The translations under genes and the position numbers were made by a program. A stretch of DNA of 64,000 nucleotides. Source: Eukaryota sp. GEM-RC1. Its lineage: Eukaryota. The notes under the pieces were generated by a model, which was not told the DNA's origin, searched no databases, and saw nothing but the letters and a program-made list of their open reading frames with translations. Shown here one piece after another: positions 49,575-62,613 of the stretch; positions within the stretch are counted from its first letter, which is position 1; every line of letters begins with the position of its first letter. Location: assembly GCA_040285855.1 (NCBI GenBank), contig JAUFOQ010000018.1, positions 124,001 to 188,000 on the forward strand, read 5' to 3'.

Positions 49575-50009
49575 TTGTTAGGTCAGATTTAGACTGAACA
49601 AATGATATGTTCCGCAAAGTATCACATCTCAAAAGACTTGGACAGAATTCAAGTAGAGTCTGTCAGAATTTCCAGAAACTTCAGAATCGTCATCATACGT
49701 CAAGCATCCACCAGATGTAAGAGACATAGAATGACATCCACAGGCAGCATCAGTATTCGAGATTCTCATCAACGTACACATCCACTTAGATTTACTCCTT
49801 GTTTACAATGGGTCCCATTGAATGGGAATCATTTGAAGAAATCTGTTGAAAAACGTAATCTTTTACCGGACAGGGACAAAATCGTTTGGATTTAGTCTTA
49901 GTTATATTCTAGTTTGTTTGTTTTTACAAATTCACATTTTTTGTAAGAATGTTTTTTTGATTACAGAATAAAGATACTCAATCCCTTTTAATGGCAAATA
50001 TAATGAAAT

Positions 50010-50130
50010 AAAGAGTCTAAAACTCAATATCATCAAAGCAAGATTCCTTAGAATCAAACCTTGTTGAAGCTTTGTCTTCATAATGCACACTGACGGATGA
50101 TAAAGCTTTCGAAATCATTGTGGGGACTGC
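50010..50130 (-). mobile_element. 3' tail fragment of the CRE-like family
   Basis: Matches 428-540. Confidence 0.6.
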
Positions 50131-50443
50131 TTTTAGAATTGTAAAGACAATTCTGTTCTGCCACAAAGAGCGTCAAAGAGGTCAAATATTTTGTTAGTTC
50201 TACGAGCAACAACCTTTGCAAAATCATCTAAGAACTTTAGTGTTTGTTACAAGAGTTTTTTCTAGGGGAGTTTTGGAAGGTTTCGCGTATTGCTTTTATT
50301 GTTCTTCATTAATGTCAAAAATAGTCGAAGTTAACTAGGAATTGTTATATAGAAAGCAATAAATAACGTTTTTTTGGAATAAGCAATGAGTGAACCATTG
50401 TATCCGTTGTTCAGGTATGATTTGAGTCATGAATTTGCTTTAC

Positions 50444-50531
50444 TGTTAGCCAAAGGTAATTGTATAGTATCAAGTAGGATTATTTCACTTTATAAACACC
50501 TTTATCTTACCTCTTTCACCAACAGGTATCA
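50444..50531 (+). repeat. 5' LTR (88 bp)
   Basis: TGTTAGCC...AACAGGTATCA. Confidence 0.95.
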
Positions 50532-50545
50532 ATAATTATTGTCTT

Positions 50546-53500
50546 ATGGTGAAAAGACGACAAGAAATTTACTCTAGGCCTCAAGTTGAGGAAGTCAGCT
50601 CATCAGAATATGCTTCTGATAGCTCTTCATCATCATCTTCGTCATCCGGTGTAAGCCCTGATCCATCAGGCAACCGAAGTCCCCCATCTTCGGAAGGCGG
50701 AAGTCCTTCTCCCCCATCTTCGGAAGGCGGAAGTCCTTCTCCCCCATCTTCGGAAGGCGGAGATAGGACTGGTGTAAGACCCCATCCTTTACGGAAGGCG
50801 GCAACCCGGAGGACCTAAGACCCCCATCCAATACGGAAGGCGGCCGTCAAGGAGGTTCTACTTTCTCAGCCTTAGACATTGAGTCTTTGCTGAACAAGTT
50901 TAGACCTCCTGGAGGTTACCAGCAACGTTACGCTGCCACTTCCTCAGCCGTAACCAACCAAGAAATGGTTTCCTCCACTCCTCAGGTATCCTCACAAGGT
51001 ACTCCTCTTAGTACCTCTTTTCAAAATAGTGTAGTTTTAGATAATAAAGATAATGTATCGGACAGTATTCCAGCTTCTCCTGTGAGATCAGCTGAAGTAG
51101 CAAAGGCAATTCGTCTTCTAGAAGAATCCTTAGCTAAGAGTAAGACCATGAGTGCAGAAGTTAGCAACAAACTTCTTGCTGAACAGGAACATAACCTTCA
51201 AAGAATGCAAATGTCTGCTGAAGACCGTGCTCGTGAAGTACAAAGACAAGTCGGGAGTGTTGGTATGGGTTTCCACCCTGATGCCATCCCCTGATAGTCG
51301 AATTCCTTGGGTAAGTCCTCATGATCAGAACGTATCAATCTCTGACTCTGATATGTGGCACCTAGCAAAGTTCCGTCCATGGCATCCAGTACTCAGGAAC
51401 CGTATGCCAGAAGGTAGACATTATCTTCTGCGCAACGTTCCACCTGGTACCTCACCTGAAGTTATTGAACAATTTCTAGGAAGTTGGTACAACAGACACT
51501 TACAGGTACCCAGCTGTCAGTTCTTGGGATCCTCGTCATGGGATCATCATTGAACCTCTTGAGCCAAAGTATGACGCTGATGGTATGTCTGTGGTGTATG
51601 AGTACACTGCGTGGTATCAGCACTGTTTGAATAACCAGTCGCAGATATATCACAACGTGGCCATAAGTACTGAGTGGTTGTCCCCCAATCACAATCAATT
51701 ACAGTCACTTACCGGTTTCGACGTTCCAAAACGGAAACTCGACTACTCGTGTCCCGAATGTTGAGTCCACTCGAATCATACCTTTTCAAGGTATTGGTGG
51801 CTCTCAGAGAGTTCTTCCACTTGCAGCTGGTGCTCTAAGTGAGAATGCAACTGACACTCCAAAACAAGACGAGCTAAGCCGAACTCAACGACTTACTCCC
51901 TTTGCTCCAGGTGAAATCGAACATCCTGAAGTTGTTGACAGGTTCTCAATTGATTCGTTCGGTTTCAGATCTCGTAATGATCAATCGACCGCTAAATTCA
52001 ACCAAGAGAAAGCTTGTCCCCGTTATGTTGCCCGAATGGAACATGAAAATGTTTATCGCAGACCAGAATTCTTCGCTGATGGTCACAACAATACCGAATC
52101 GTCGGTAATCTCTAAAGAAGAACTTCTACGTCCTCGAAAGGAACGCCCCGAAAGACTGATTGCCGAAGAGAAACGTCAGCGAGAAAGAGAAGCTCAATCG
52201 GTTGTGATTGATGATTCACCTCTCCCAATCGAAAATCATTTAAATCAAAGTTCTTCGTCTGAAGATGAACTCCCTGATAATGTTCTCCATGATTCCACCA
52301 TCCTTGCATCTGGTGTTACTCCCAAAGCAAAAAAACCAAAAAAGAAAGATTCGAAACATCGCCCCTTTTTGAAGAACGACACCCGTGCCGAGGTGGTCAA
52401 ATTCCTACATGATTTCAGCCACTGGGCTGTCCATACAAGGAAACAACCAGCTTACAGAGGCTTCGACATGTGGCTTGGCAAACCCAAGAACAGATTTGAT
52501 TTCGCCAGAACAGCCCTTTGTGAAGTGGACCCAGAAGGAGTAAGTGGTTTCATTGACCAAACAACCCTGTCCACTTGGAAAATGATGGATGCTATTGGTA
52601 ACGACACTGATGCTGTTTCCCTAGAACAATCCATCTGGAGACTGCTAGTCGACAAAAGCCAATTCTCTTCAACAACCGCAGCATCGAGTGCTCTGAAATC
52701 CATCCGTCTAGGAAATGCTAAAGACCCTCTTGAATGCATCGAGAACTATCTCTGCAACATAATCCGGTCTCTAAAGTGCTCGATGGCAATTCCCACCATC
52801 TCGAGCGATCCAACTGATAGGGATCACCTCCATGCGTCAACAGTCGCCGACATCATCTTGGCCACTCTCAACCCTAAACAGGACATTGTTACCCTGAATG
52901 AGTTACATGTCCGATGGGATCACAAACTGAAGTCGGATGATAGCCTCCTTCCCCGATTTTTCAACGAAGTTAAAGGAATTTGGATCACCTACATGAGATC
53001 TACTGCTGTAGCTGCTCCTCCTGCTAACCGTCGTGATATGAGACATGGCCCACCTAGAATTCGTGGTCCCCAATCTAGAAGAAATGACCCCCCAAATGCT
53101 AAGACCTCAGTTAAGTGTTACAACTGTGGCAAACCAGGTCATTTATCCTCTGAGTGCCGTCGTAATAAGAACAATATGACCTCCAGAGTCCAAAGTGGAA
53201 AGCCCCTAAAACGTAGGTCCATTGATAGCCTTAGAGGTCAATCAGACCAATCTAATCGTAATTTTAACAATAAATCAAATAACTATATTTTCCAAATATC
53301 AGTTGACAACACAAAACATGCTACACCAGAAAAGTACATGAACCCATTGGCTGCTTTGAACACACATTCAAGCCAGGGTAGAAGTACGTCATCTGTTGAA
53401 ACAATTCGCAGTCTCAACCAGAACCTAGGGATCGAGTCAAAGGATAACGGTTCCTTATGTATTCGATTGTTGATTAACAATGAGCCAGTGATAGGTGAGT

Positions 53501-56500
53501 TTGACTCTGCAGCTTCGTGCTCAGTCATTTCTCAAGATTTAGTGCGTCACTGTGAGATGACAACTACTGACAGTTGTATTGAATACATCTCAGCGAACAA
53601 CATTCGCGCAACATCCTTAGGTAGTGCATTAGGTATTCTGACGTTCAACGTTGGTAGTCTAGCTAACCAGATTCATATTAAGCATACTCTCCCAGTAGTA
53701 CCTGGTACCAAAATACTCCTGATAGGCAGAGACTTACAAGAAGAACTGGGATTACTAACGGATGATGGTTTAGTCATTAGATTAGACAAGGAGCATCGCA
53801 CTATTCTCAGTGCAGAGAGTGTATTCGATGGTAGAATGAAATCAGCATGCGAATCAATCAATAGTGTTCAATCAAATTCCTCAACAATAAATTTAAATAT
53901 TGATTTGTACGGCAACACTCAAACTGACATCAGTTTATTTGAAGAGATCATTGACAACTCTGGTTGCACGATAGAATTGGATGACCCTAATAGAAGAAAG
54001 GAGCTTCTGAGCCTACTCAGTTAATACAAACAAGTGTTCTCTGAAGAGATACATCCAGATGGTATCGATTGTCCACCGATGACCATCCCCTTTTATGATG
54101 AAACTGTCACTGTATTTCGTCCTCCTAGAAGGCTTAACCCTGAAAAACAGCGTATAGCCGAAGAAATTTTTAATGAACTTATACGACAAGGATGGGCTGT
54201 ACCATCGACTGGTAAGTTCAGTAGTCCCATTGTGTTTGTTGTCTACAACGACCACAAAAAGAAGCCTCGTTTGACTGGTGACTTCAGTGGACCAGACGGG
54301 ATTAACGCTAATACCAGACCGGTGAAACCAAACTTACCACGGATCTGTGATGTTCTAGAGTTCCTTTCGAAAGCAAATTTCATTGGAACACTTGACCTTC
54401 CTAAAGCATTCTGGCAGCTAAAGGTAGCTGAGGAAGATGTCGAGAAGACCAGTGTATCTATACCTGGAATGTCAATTAGCTTCAAACGAGCATGTTTTAG
54501 TTTGAAAAACGTACCAGCAATTTTCCAAAACATCATGATGGAAATATTCGATGTGGAAGGTGTATTCATTTATATAGACGATATAATTGTAGTAGGTGAC
54601 ACTTTCGAACAGTTTATTTCAAGAATAAATCTAGTACTGGAACGAGCAGAACGTTTTAGAGTACGGATTGGATTACGGAAGTGTAGGTTCACCACTTCAA
54701 GACATCCTAATAAGATTCTAGGCAGCAATTTTTGCAACAAAACCCGTAGCATTGATGAGAACAGAGTTTCGGCTTTGATTGAGCTTCCAGCTCCCTCAAC
54801 ATTACCCGAGGTAAGAAGTTTACTTGGTGCATTAAATTATGTTCGTGAATGGATTCCGAATTATTCAAATTTGACTGCCCCAATCAATGAACTCACTCGT
54901 GGAAAACCCAAGAAAATTCTTTGGACGAAAGACCATGATGCTTTACTTACACAATTAAAGTCTGAGATAAAAGATCACATGGCACTTGATTTACCTGATA
55001 CTGATAAGAATATTATCATATCAACTGATGCATCCAACATCGCGGTTGGTGGTGTGATCTGGCAGGAAGAAAATCCCCCAGCTCCTCCAGGTACTCCGTT
55101 GGAAGAACGTAGAGTCAGACCTGTATCTTTTTATAGCCGTTTACTCAATGACAGTCAACAGAATTGGGCAGCTATCCAGAAAGAGCTGTATGCCATTCTC
55201 TTGATTCTGACAGAATCTAGTTTAGAAAGTTTCCTGTTAAGTAGGCACTTGACGATCTTTACAGATCATAGGAACTTAGCCTATCTGATATCAGCTCCAG
55301 AGAAGAATCGCATTGTAAAACGATGGATTCCCATTTTATCTGAGTTCGATTTTGAGATAGTGCACGTAGCTGGTAAAAACAATCAATGGGCTGACATGTT
55401 ATCACGTGTTATTGACCGACGCCCAATTGAAACAATCAAATCTTTGACGATATCAAACCCTTCCATCAAAAATGATATAACCCTTTGTTATGAAGGCTTA
55501 CGCTTTGATGATGCAGATTATTATGAGACGCTTACACGTAAAACCAACGTGCTAGCAATCAAGTGTCTTCGTGACCTCTCAATCGACAATAAACTTCCTT
55601 TATTTGATTCTTGGCTATCAACCATAAGGTTAGAACAAACTAAAGCGATAGAACAAGGAGATGAACTGTTCAATGGCTCAACGTTTTGTACGAAGAGCAA
55701 CATATACATCAACTCCAAGAACAAGATTTTGATTCCATCTAGCTTGACAAAGAAGGTTCTTTACATGCTGCATGGCTTAGTCCAGTCAGGACATCCAAAC
55801 AAGAAACAAAGTTTGGACATACTGTGCAATAGTGGGTACTTTTGGCCAAGTATGAAAGCCGACATGAAGAAACATGTCGAGCAATGCCCTGCGTGTCAGA
55901 AAACGGCACCTGTCCCCAAAAGGACTATTGAATCGACGGGTTCTCTATGGGCTGATAGACCTTTTGCAAGACTCAATGTCGATACAATTGGTCCACTTCC
56001 AAAAGATCAGAGTGCAAACCAATACCTCTTGGTGTTTGTAGATTCGCTCACCAGATACACCATTCTGAGCCCCCTCGAAGAACTCAACAGTAACGAAGTA
56101 GCATATCGTCTTGTGTGGGATGTGATTGCTATCTTTGGTATACCGTTGTGTATACATAGTGACAATGGTACCGAGTTTGCCAACGCTATTTTTGAGGCAG
56201 TTTGTAACCTACTGGCGATTGAAGTAAGTCGTTCGATTCCTCATTTCTCCCAGAGTAATGGGCTGGTGGAACGACGTCACAGAGACGTTCTGCAGAGCCT
56301 ACGTCGTCTCCTCGTGGACTTCAATGATTATGACAATTGGTCAACATACATTCCGACTGTACAGTTGCAAATGAACGCAACAAAGAGTTCAGTTACTGGA
56401 CATACTCCCTACGAACTTATGTTCGGTAGCGATATAAGTCCTGGCGCAGATCCTAGTAATTTACTAGATGCTGTTGAGAAATCAACAAAGAATGTTCCGT

Positions 56501-57125
56501 TTATTAACGACATTAAAATGAAACTAGATCGACTAACAAAAAGAGAGAAGAGGCAGAGGTTCGTCAATCAAATCTCAAGCCTAAGAAGAAACGTGAATCT
56601 GGTCAATCATTTAAGATTGGTGATCTTGTGTTAAAAGTCGCCAAAACTAGTAAACTCCATGGTAATTACACTGGACCATTTCTAGTAGTATCAGTTGATT
56701 CGAAATCTTCTGTATCTCTAAAGAATCTGATCACTGGTCATGTTGGCAAGACCAGCATCCATCAATGTAAGATCTTTCAATCAGATCTACCAGCTGATCA
56801 CGATCTCCACAGAGCAATTGCTTCAGGGGATTCTGAAGAACACATCGTTGTAAGGATCCTTGACAGGTTCAATACTCCTGATGGTGAACACTGCACGGTC
56901 CTCTGGTTTGGTGGTGACACTTCATCAGTTCCCACCAAGGACATCAAGAACACCAAGGCCTACAGTGATTTTTGTAAATTAGAAAATGTAGATTTATTTC
57001 ATAGTAGTAACAAGAAGCCTAAGCTCAAACGCACCTCGAGTAGTAAGAGTAATCCTAAGTCACCCTCTAACGTAAAGACACCTGTGGCTAAGAGAACAAG
57101 GAGCTCGAAAGAGGAGAAGAGGTAG
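50546..57125 (+). CDS. Gag-Pol polyprotein (several 1-bp shifts and one in-frame TAA at 54022-54024)
   Basis: Knuckle CYNCGKPGHLSSEC; protease FDSAAS; RT YIDD; RNase H TDAS/KELYAI/TDHRNL; integrase H..H..CPAC, DTIGP, SDNG, NGLVER; GPF motif; chromo-like IVVRILD..CTVLWFG. Confidence 0.9.
50676..50843 (+). repeat. Coding minisatellite in the gag 5' region (CCCATC..CGGAAGGCGG x5, including a 30-bp unit)
   Basis: SPPSSEGG occurs three times, followed by two degenerate units. Confidence 0.9.
57107..57125 (+). other. Polypurine tract
   Basis: GAAAGAGGAGAAGAGGTAG abuts the 3' LTR and also encodes the last codons, KEEKR*. Confidence 0.85.
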
Positions 57126-57213
57126 TGTTAGCCAAAGGTAATTGTATAGTATCAAGTAGGATTATTTCACTTTATAAACACCTTTATCTTACCTCTTTCA
57201 CCAACAGGTATCA
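57126..57213 (+). repeat. 3' LTR (88 bp)
   Basis: Identical to the 5' LTR. Confidence 0.95.
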
Positions 57214-57743
57214 TTACAATACAAGAGGTTTTTCAAGTAATGTCTTAGATGCTTGTCTTATTCACCAATCTCTTAGACAGTTTCTCTATTGTTGTAAACT
57301 GCACTGTTAGAAATTTTTGGTTGCTTACATGTAGCCTGGATCCAACATCATATCAAATTAATTTTATAAAACCTACAACTGTATGTGTTAGTTCCATAGA
57401 GATAGGTGATGAATGAATGTTGTTAGCCAAAGGTAATTCCAATTTCTAAAGAAGATCCATTACAGTCAGTCATTTTCCATTTGAACCGTACTCCAACAAT
57501 TGGTAACTGAATCGTATGCAGTGTGCCGTTTTTTGATTTAGTTTTCCCGTAGCACTGTTTTGTTATTGCTATTTCGATGAAACAATACGAAGAACAACAA
57601 CAAAAGGATACATAAGATACCGAATGTCTCGATGGACCAATTCAACCAATGTCCTACAATGTCCTGGGTAGTAGTCAATTATTTGTTTGTGCAAAGGTCA
57701 GTCTATCAAAAACAGAATTTTTGCCGGCACTTTTCATTCTCCA

Positions 57744-60700
57744 ATGAAGATCCTGAAAAACCCAGGCTACAACTACCACGATGTAACTCTTCAACAGATG
57801 AATAGCTTCCACTCACTCCACTTTGTTAACGTGGACATCCCAACATTGGAGTCAAACTCTTGGTCTCATTCATCGTTGATCCTACACTGTAACCCACTGT
57901 CTACGTTCTCTACACTTCCGTCCCTTCTTCCTCCTAATCTTGTCAAAGAGCTAACATGTCTGCCTGATCGATACAACGATGAGCTTCCTCTTTTCCACCA
58001 AAGAGTCCAACCAACCCCTTCTCCACCTTCAGAGGTGATGTTTTGTTGGAAGGAAGAACCAGTTTTGAATGAAATGGAATATGAGAAAATCCTTAAAATG
58101 ACCATTGATTGTATTCCTCTAACAAGTTCCACTTCTGTATCTCAAGATGGTCGCTTTTCTGGTCACTTGAACCTTCCTCTTGATCCTCCACCTACTTCTT
58201 TCCCTATCTTCGAACCTCCTCTTTCTAATGTCTTCTCCTTTACTGATGTCCCTGTACTAGACTCTCTCCCCACTTGTTCTCAGTCTACTTCTACTTCCAC
58301 TTCCACTTCCACTTCTTCTTTCACTTTCTTTGTTGACATTGGCAGTGACTGTTTCTCAATCAACACTCTTGATGTTGCTGATATGCCCTCTAATCCCTGT
58401 GACGTCACCAGCGACTATCACGTTCCAAAAGAGATCAATTTGAATCGTGATTCCCTGTTTTCAAAGTATGTGGATGTTGTTATTAACAATGAAGCCCACG
58501 TGTGTGGTGTTTCTCTTTCTAAATTTCTAACTAAATTTGATCAAATTATCAGTGCTGATTCATCGTACATTGCGAGACCTTTTCAACAGATTCCAATTCC
58601 TGTTTTTAATCAAAGTTTTACCGGAAGTATTCTCACAAAAAGTTTAACTTTTGAAATATTATCATTGTCGTTACCAAAAGTTGAAAAATTAGTAAACAAA
58701 TTTGAATTAAAATGTAGAAGTTTCTTTGGGGCTTTAGGCAATCCTGTCCAATTGTCTAGTATTCTTTTACCTTCACCAAAAGGTACTTCTTCAGAGTTAA
58801 ACCTAGAGTTTGATGGACATTTGATGATCTTTACTGAAGATACTGTTGATGGTAGTGGTAATTGTTATCTCTCAGATGTTGAAATTCCTTTGGTCAGTCA
58901 TCAACTCAATGTCAAAAATTTGAATATTGAAAAGTTTAGTCTTTTACCGAAGAAACCGAAGACATTTGAACTACCAACTTCTATTTCTGACACAAGCAAA
59001 TTGAGAAAGAACGATTCAAATGTTTTAAATATCGGAAATGGTGTTTCTTTGTCAATGAGGAATAGTGTTGAGCAGCTACTGCAAAAATCTTCAAGGTCAC
59101 CACAAATCATCACGTCATCAATCAATCAGATTCCTGCCACGTGTCACTCTTCTGATAATCAAGATTTCAAGATGGAAGAAACACATCATCAATCAATTGA
59201 CAACGAGATCTCCATCACGAGTGACCCTCAATTGTTACCTGATGATTTTGATCTCGATGATGACGTATTTTTGGTCGATCGCGATTCTATTTCTGAGTTT
59301 ACCGACAACGTCACGTCTACTGGAACTGGTCTAGGAAAGAGTTTGTCAACTGATAATAGTACTTCTGTACTTGAAAATGATTTAGAGTCCAAATACTTCC
59401 ATCAATTGAATCAATTACCTGCCCAATTACCACTATTTTCAGTTCAAAATGTCTCATATTTACCTATTTCTAATTTGTTAAATAATTCAAATAATTTAGA
59501 ACCTTTGAGTTCGATGAAAGATTTCAATAATTCAACTTCTTCTGATTTAGACGATCTGATGTCTAAACTTTCCGCTCCAAAGAAACATCACGTTAGCAAT
59601 AACGTCAACAAGGAAAGTGCTCTCAATCAAGAGTTCTTTTCTGATGCTGTCAAATACTATATGTCAATTAAAGGTGTCAATGTATCTAAAGCTCAACAAC
59701 AACTGTCATCTGTTCTTGATGACGTGTCACCTCAATCACAATCACTTTCAGTACAGCTCAACGACATCCCTGATTCGACTTCCCTAGAAGATCTCAAGTT
59801 GTCTGTTGTAGATCAAAACAAGAAGCTCATGATTGTTCATAGACATGGGCGCCAGACTTTTGAAAGTTGTATTATACCTTTAATTAGTGCATTGTCAACT
59901 TTCTCTGTTGTTTCGGACCGTTGTAATTTCTGGCAGCGTTTTGGTGTTACTAATTTTATTTCTTTTTCTGATATTTCAAATATTGGGAATAATTCTAATT
60001 TAATAATCGATGTTCTTTCATGGTATCAACTTGAGTTCATCAATCAAATCTCGAACATTTGGGACCCGATCTCAATCATTTTGCTACCTTCCGATCTCGT
60101 TGTAAATCCAAAAATATTTAATGAATTTCTTAACAAATGTCAATTATTGTTATTAGAATCTTGCCTGGTAAAACCACCGTTATTCAACTCAATAGCTTTA
60201 CCAGAGATTCTGTCAAGACAATGTTTGACTGTTGTAGTGAAAGCTGTGGAAGTGATTGATCCTCTTTTGGATGATTTACAATCACTCATTGCTCTCAATC
60301 AAGCTGATTGTTCACTTTCCTATTTGATCCCCTTTTCGTTCTCCACTCAATCAGAAAAAGTCCAACGTTTATTGTCAATTAATCCAAAGGATCTGAGTAA
60401 TCAAATCAATTCAATCTCTTCAAGTCTCAATGACGTGTCATCTGATGATTACAATGATCTCTTTCTTCTTTTGCTTATATGTGTTTTAGTTTACGCGACA
60501 AGATCTAGTGTTGGCCTTTTGTTCGAGGATTTTCCCTCAACTGCTTCAAGCTTTTTTAAAAGTGCGGTTAAGAATTTTGATTTTGATAGCTCCCAATTAA
60601 GACCTTATTTTATTTCTTTAATTAATCTGTTTGGCACACTTGACAATTCTGATGAATATTTAATTTTTTGAAAGAATCACGTGTGAACTCACGCGATGTT

Positions 60701-61195
60701 GTTCTTGTAACAAAAACTAAGTCTTCGCAAGTTTTGTTATCAAAATCTTTAGAGTGTCAGGTTGTCGCTTTTGATCACGTTCAGGACATTGTTGATTCTT
60801 CAAACAAACATTTAGTTTTTTTCACTAATTTTCTGCTGATGACGTCACTTCATCAAAATCCATTCTTTTCGATACTTTATCAGCTATTTTCTTCACTTAT
60901 CCACCAAACAACGGTCATTTAGCGGTGGAAATTCTTGCCAACCAAATTATTTCTTCTATTGGAATATTTAAAATGATGACTACTCTTCTGGATTTTTGAA
61001 TTGTTTGATATTTCAAATATTGCAAAATCGGTGTTGAGTCGACCAAGTAGTTCTAGAACTCGCTGTCAGTCTCTTCGAAAAATTGAAAATGTCGAGGAAA
61101 CTCAAAAAAAGTCATTTAAATACGATACTTTAGGATTTTCAACACGGTCTGAAAAGTTAACATTTAGTGTTGAAAAAAGAAAAAAAGGGAATTGA
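57744..61195 (+). CDS. Large hypothetical protein (>975 aa; the 3' end is broken by indels and uncertain)
   Basis: ~3-kb uninterrupted ORF with a Ser/Asn-rich middle, followed by short co-oriented ORFs. Confidence 0.75.
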
Positions 61196-61759
61196 TGGGT
61201 TTATTCAAAGTAAATTAACTTGGGCAAAGTAAAGCTCAGAAATCAAATCAATGCTATTTCGATTTTTATCATAATTAATCTCGGTTTTATCAGTTATAGT
61301 TTTCTGTACAAGTTTCGCTTTTTTTTTGAAATTAGTTATCATCAATATTTGTTGAATAATTGTTTTAATATTATTTCACTATTCAAATTACTGAGACTGA
61401 TTCTACACAATTGTTCATTTTATCGATCAATTGAACTGAATAAACCACTTAAATTTAGCTTATATCCTTTCTTGCAATCAGATAACTTCCTATTTAGGGA
61501 TTCAACTTTATACTGAATGAATTCTCTAGGTCACCGTTTTGTTTTCAAGATTATGGTACAATTCTTCTCAAAACGAGAAATGTTGGAACTTCAAACCTGG
61601 AACACTTGCTAGTGTGGAAGGAATTTCAGTTAAAACACGTGAAACAGATCCTTTGATAACCTGAATACAAAAAGCATTCACATCAATTTTGATTGACTAC
61701 CCACTCATCTCTTCTGATAGAAATGTGTTTTTGAAATGAAGACTAATACTTATGGAAAA

Positions 61760-61811
61760 TGCCATACGCGTATGGGTGTGGGGACATACGGTAGTCCATA
61801 CGTGTATGGCA
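61760..61811. repeat. Nested palindrome
   Basis: TGCCATACGCGTATGG ... CCATACGTGTATGGCA. Confidence 0.8.
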
Positions 61812-62613
61812 AACAATGGTACAACACTGGCAAAACTTACATGTAGAAATTGAAAACCAGAAATGTCAATTGGTTCAGTTTAATAAGTTGTGTTCATACT
61901 TACACCTCAAATTTGTTTGCAAGTTGAACAAAAGCATTAGATGCATTTAGCTTCTTTTTCATTAGCTGAAAAAAAACAGTATATCTCGTCTTATTAAAGT
62001 TTGACTTAAGTCATGAATGGATACATACAAAAGATGGGACATATTTTTCACTCAATTTAGCTCTTTCTATATTAGCCATCACGTCATCATCAAAAACAGT
62101 AACACGACAAAGCATAGTCAGATATAGCCTTCATGTACAGTATAAACAGAAGAAAACAACACATAAGTCCGCTGTTACACATATAATAGTATGACCAAGA
62201 TGCTTTATGGCAACTACATGTACTTGCTGGAATTGGGTAGTTTATTTAAAAAGACATTATTTAAAAAGACATTATTTAAATAATCCTTATTTAAAGTTAG
62301 TTTCTTGTTGTTCTCACCACGTAAATCCTGTTTCTAATGTACTAGTACACTTGAAAACGAGCCATAGAGAGAAAAAAACGAAGGGGCAGAAAAGGTAGGA
62401 AATATGCTTGTTTATTGAAAACAATGAAAAAATAAAATTGAACCACTGTTTTTATCATCGGTGATCTGTTTCTATGATCAATTCCAGCGAAAAAAATTCC
62501 GGCAGAGTAAAAACAAGTGCAAACACTTTGGAATAACACTGCTTAAGTGTTTTATTATTTACACATAAAACAAAACCCACTAAATAGTAAGACGTTGTCA
62601 GTTGAAGCTGTTT

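Larger units (their letters stand above)
50444..57213 (+). mobile_element. Full-length Ty3/Gypsy LTR retrotransposon with a chromodomain-like C-terminus
   Basis: Identical 88-bp LTRs, TSD TTAC at 50440-50443 and 57214-57217, a PPT, and domain order gag-PR-RT-RH-IN. Confidence 0.97.

Noticed and set aside
41145..54024. Reassigned stop codons (TAA/TAG = Gln)
   Set aside because: Conserved genes end at the expected positions with TAA (RPL35, SEC11), TAG (TM2-domain gene, MGL) and TGA (CSL4).
6911..61195. Widespread programmed frameshifting or mass pseudogenisation
   Set aside because: The shifts I traced fall in or beside homopolymer runs, even in essential genes (SEC11, CSL4). This fits long-read indel error; read polishing would decide it.
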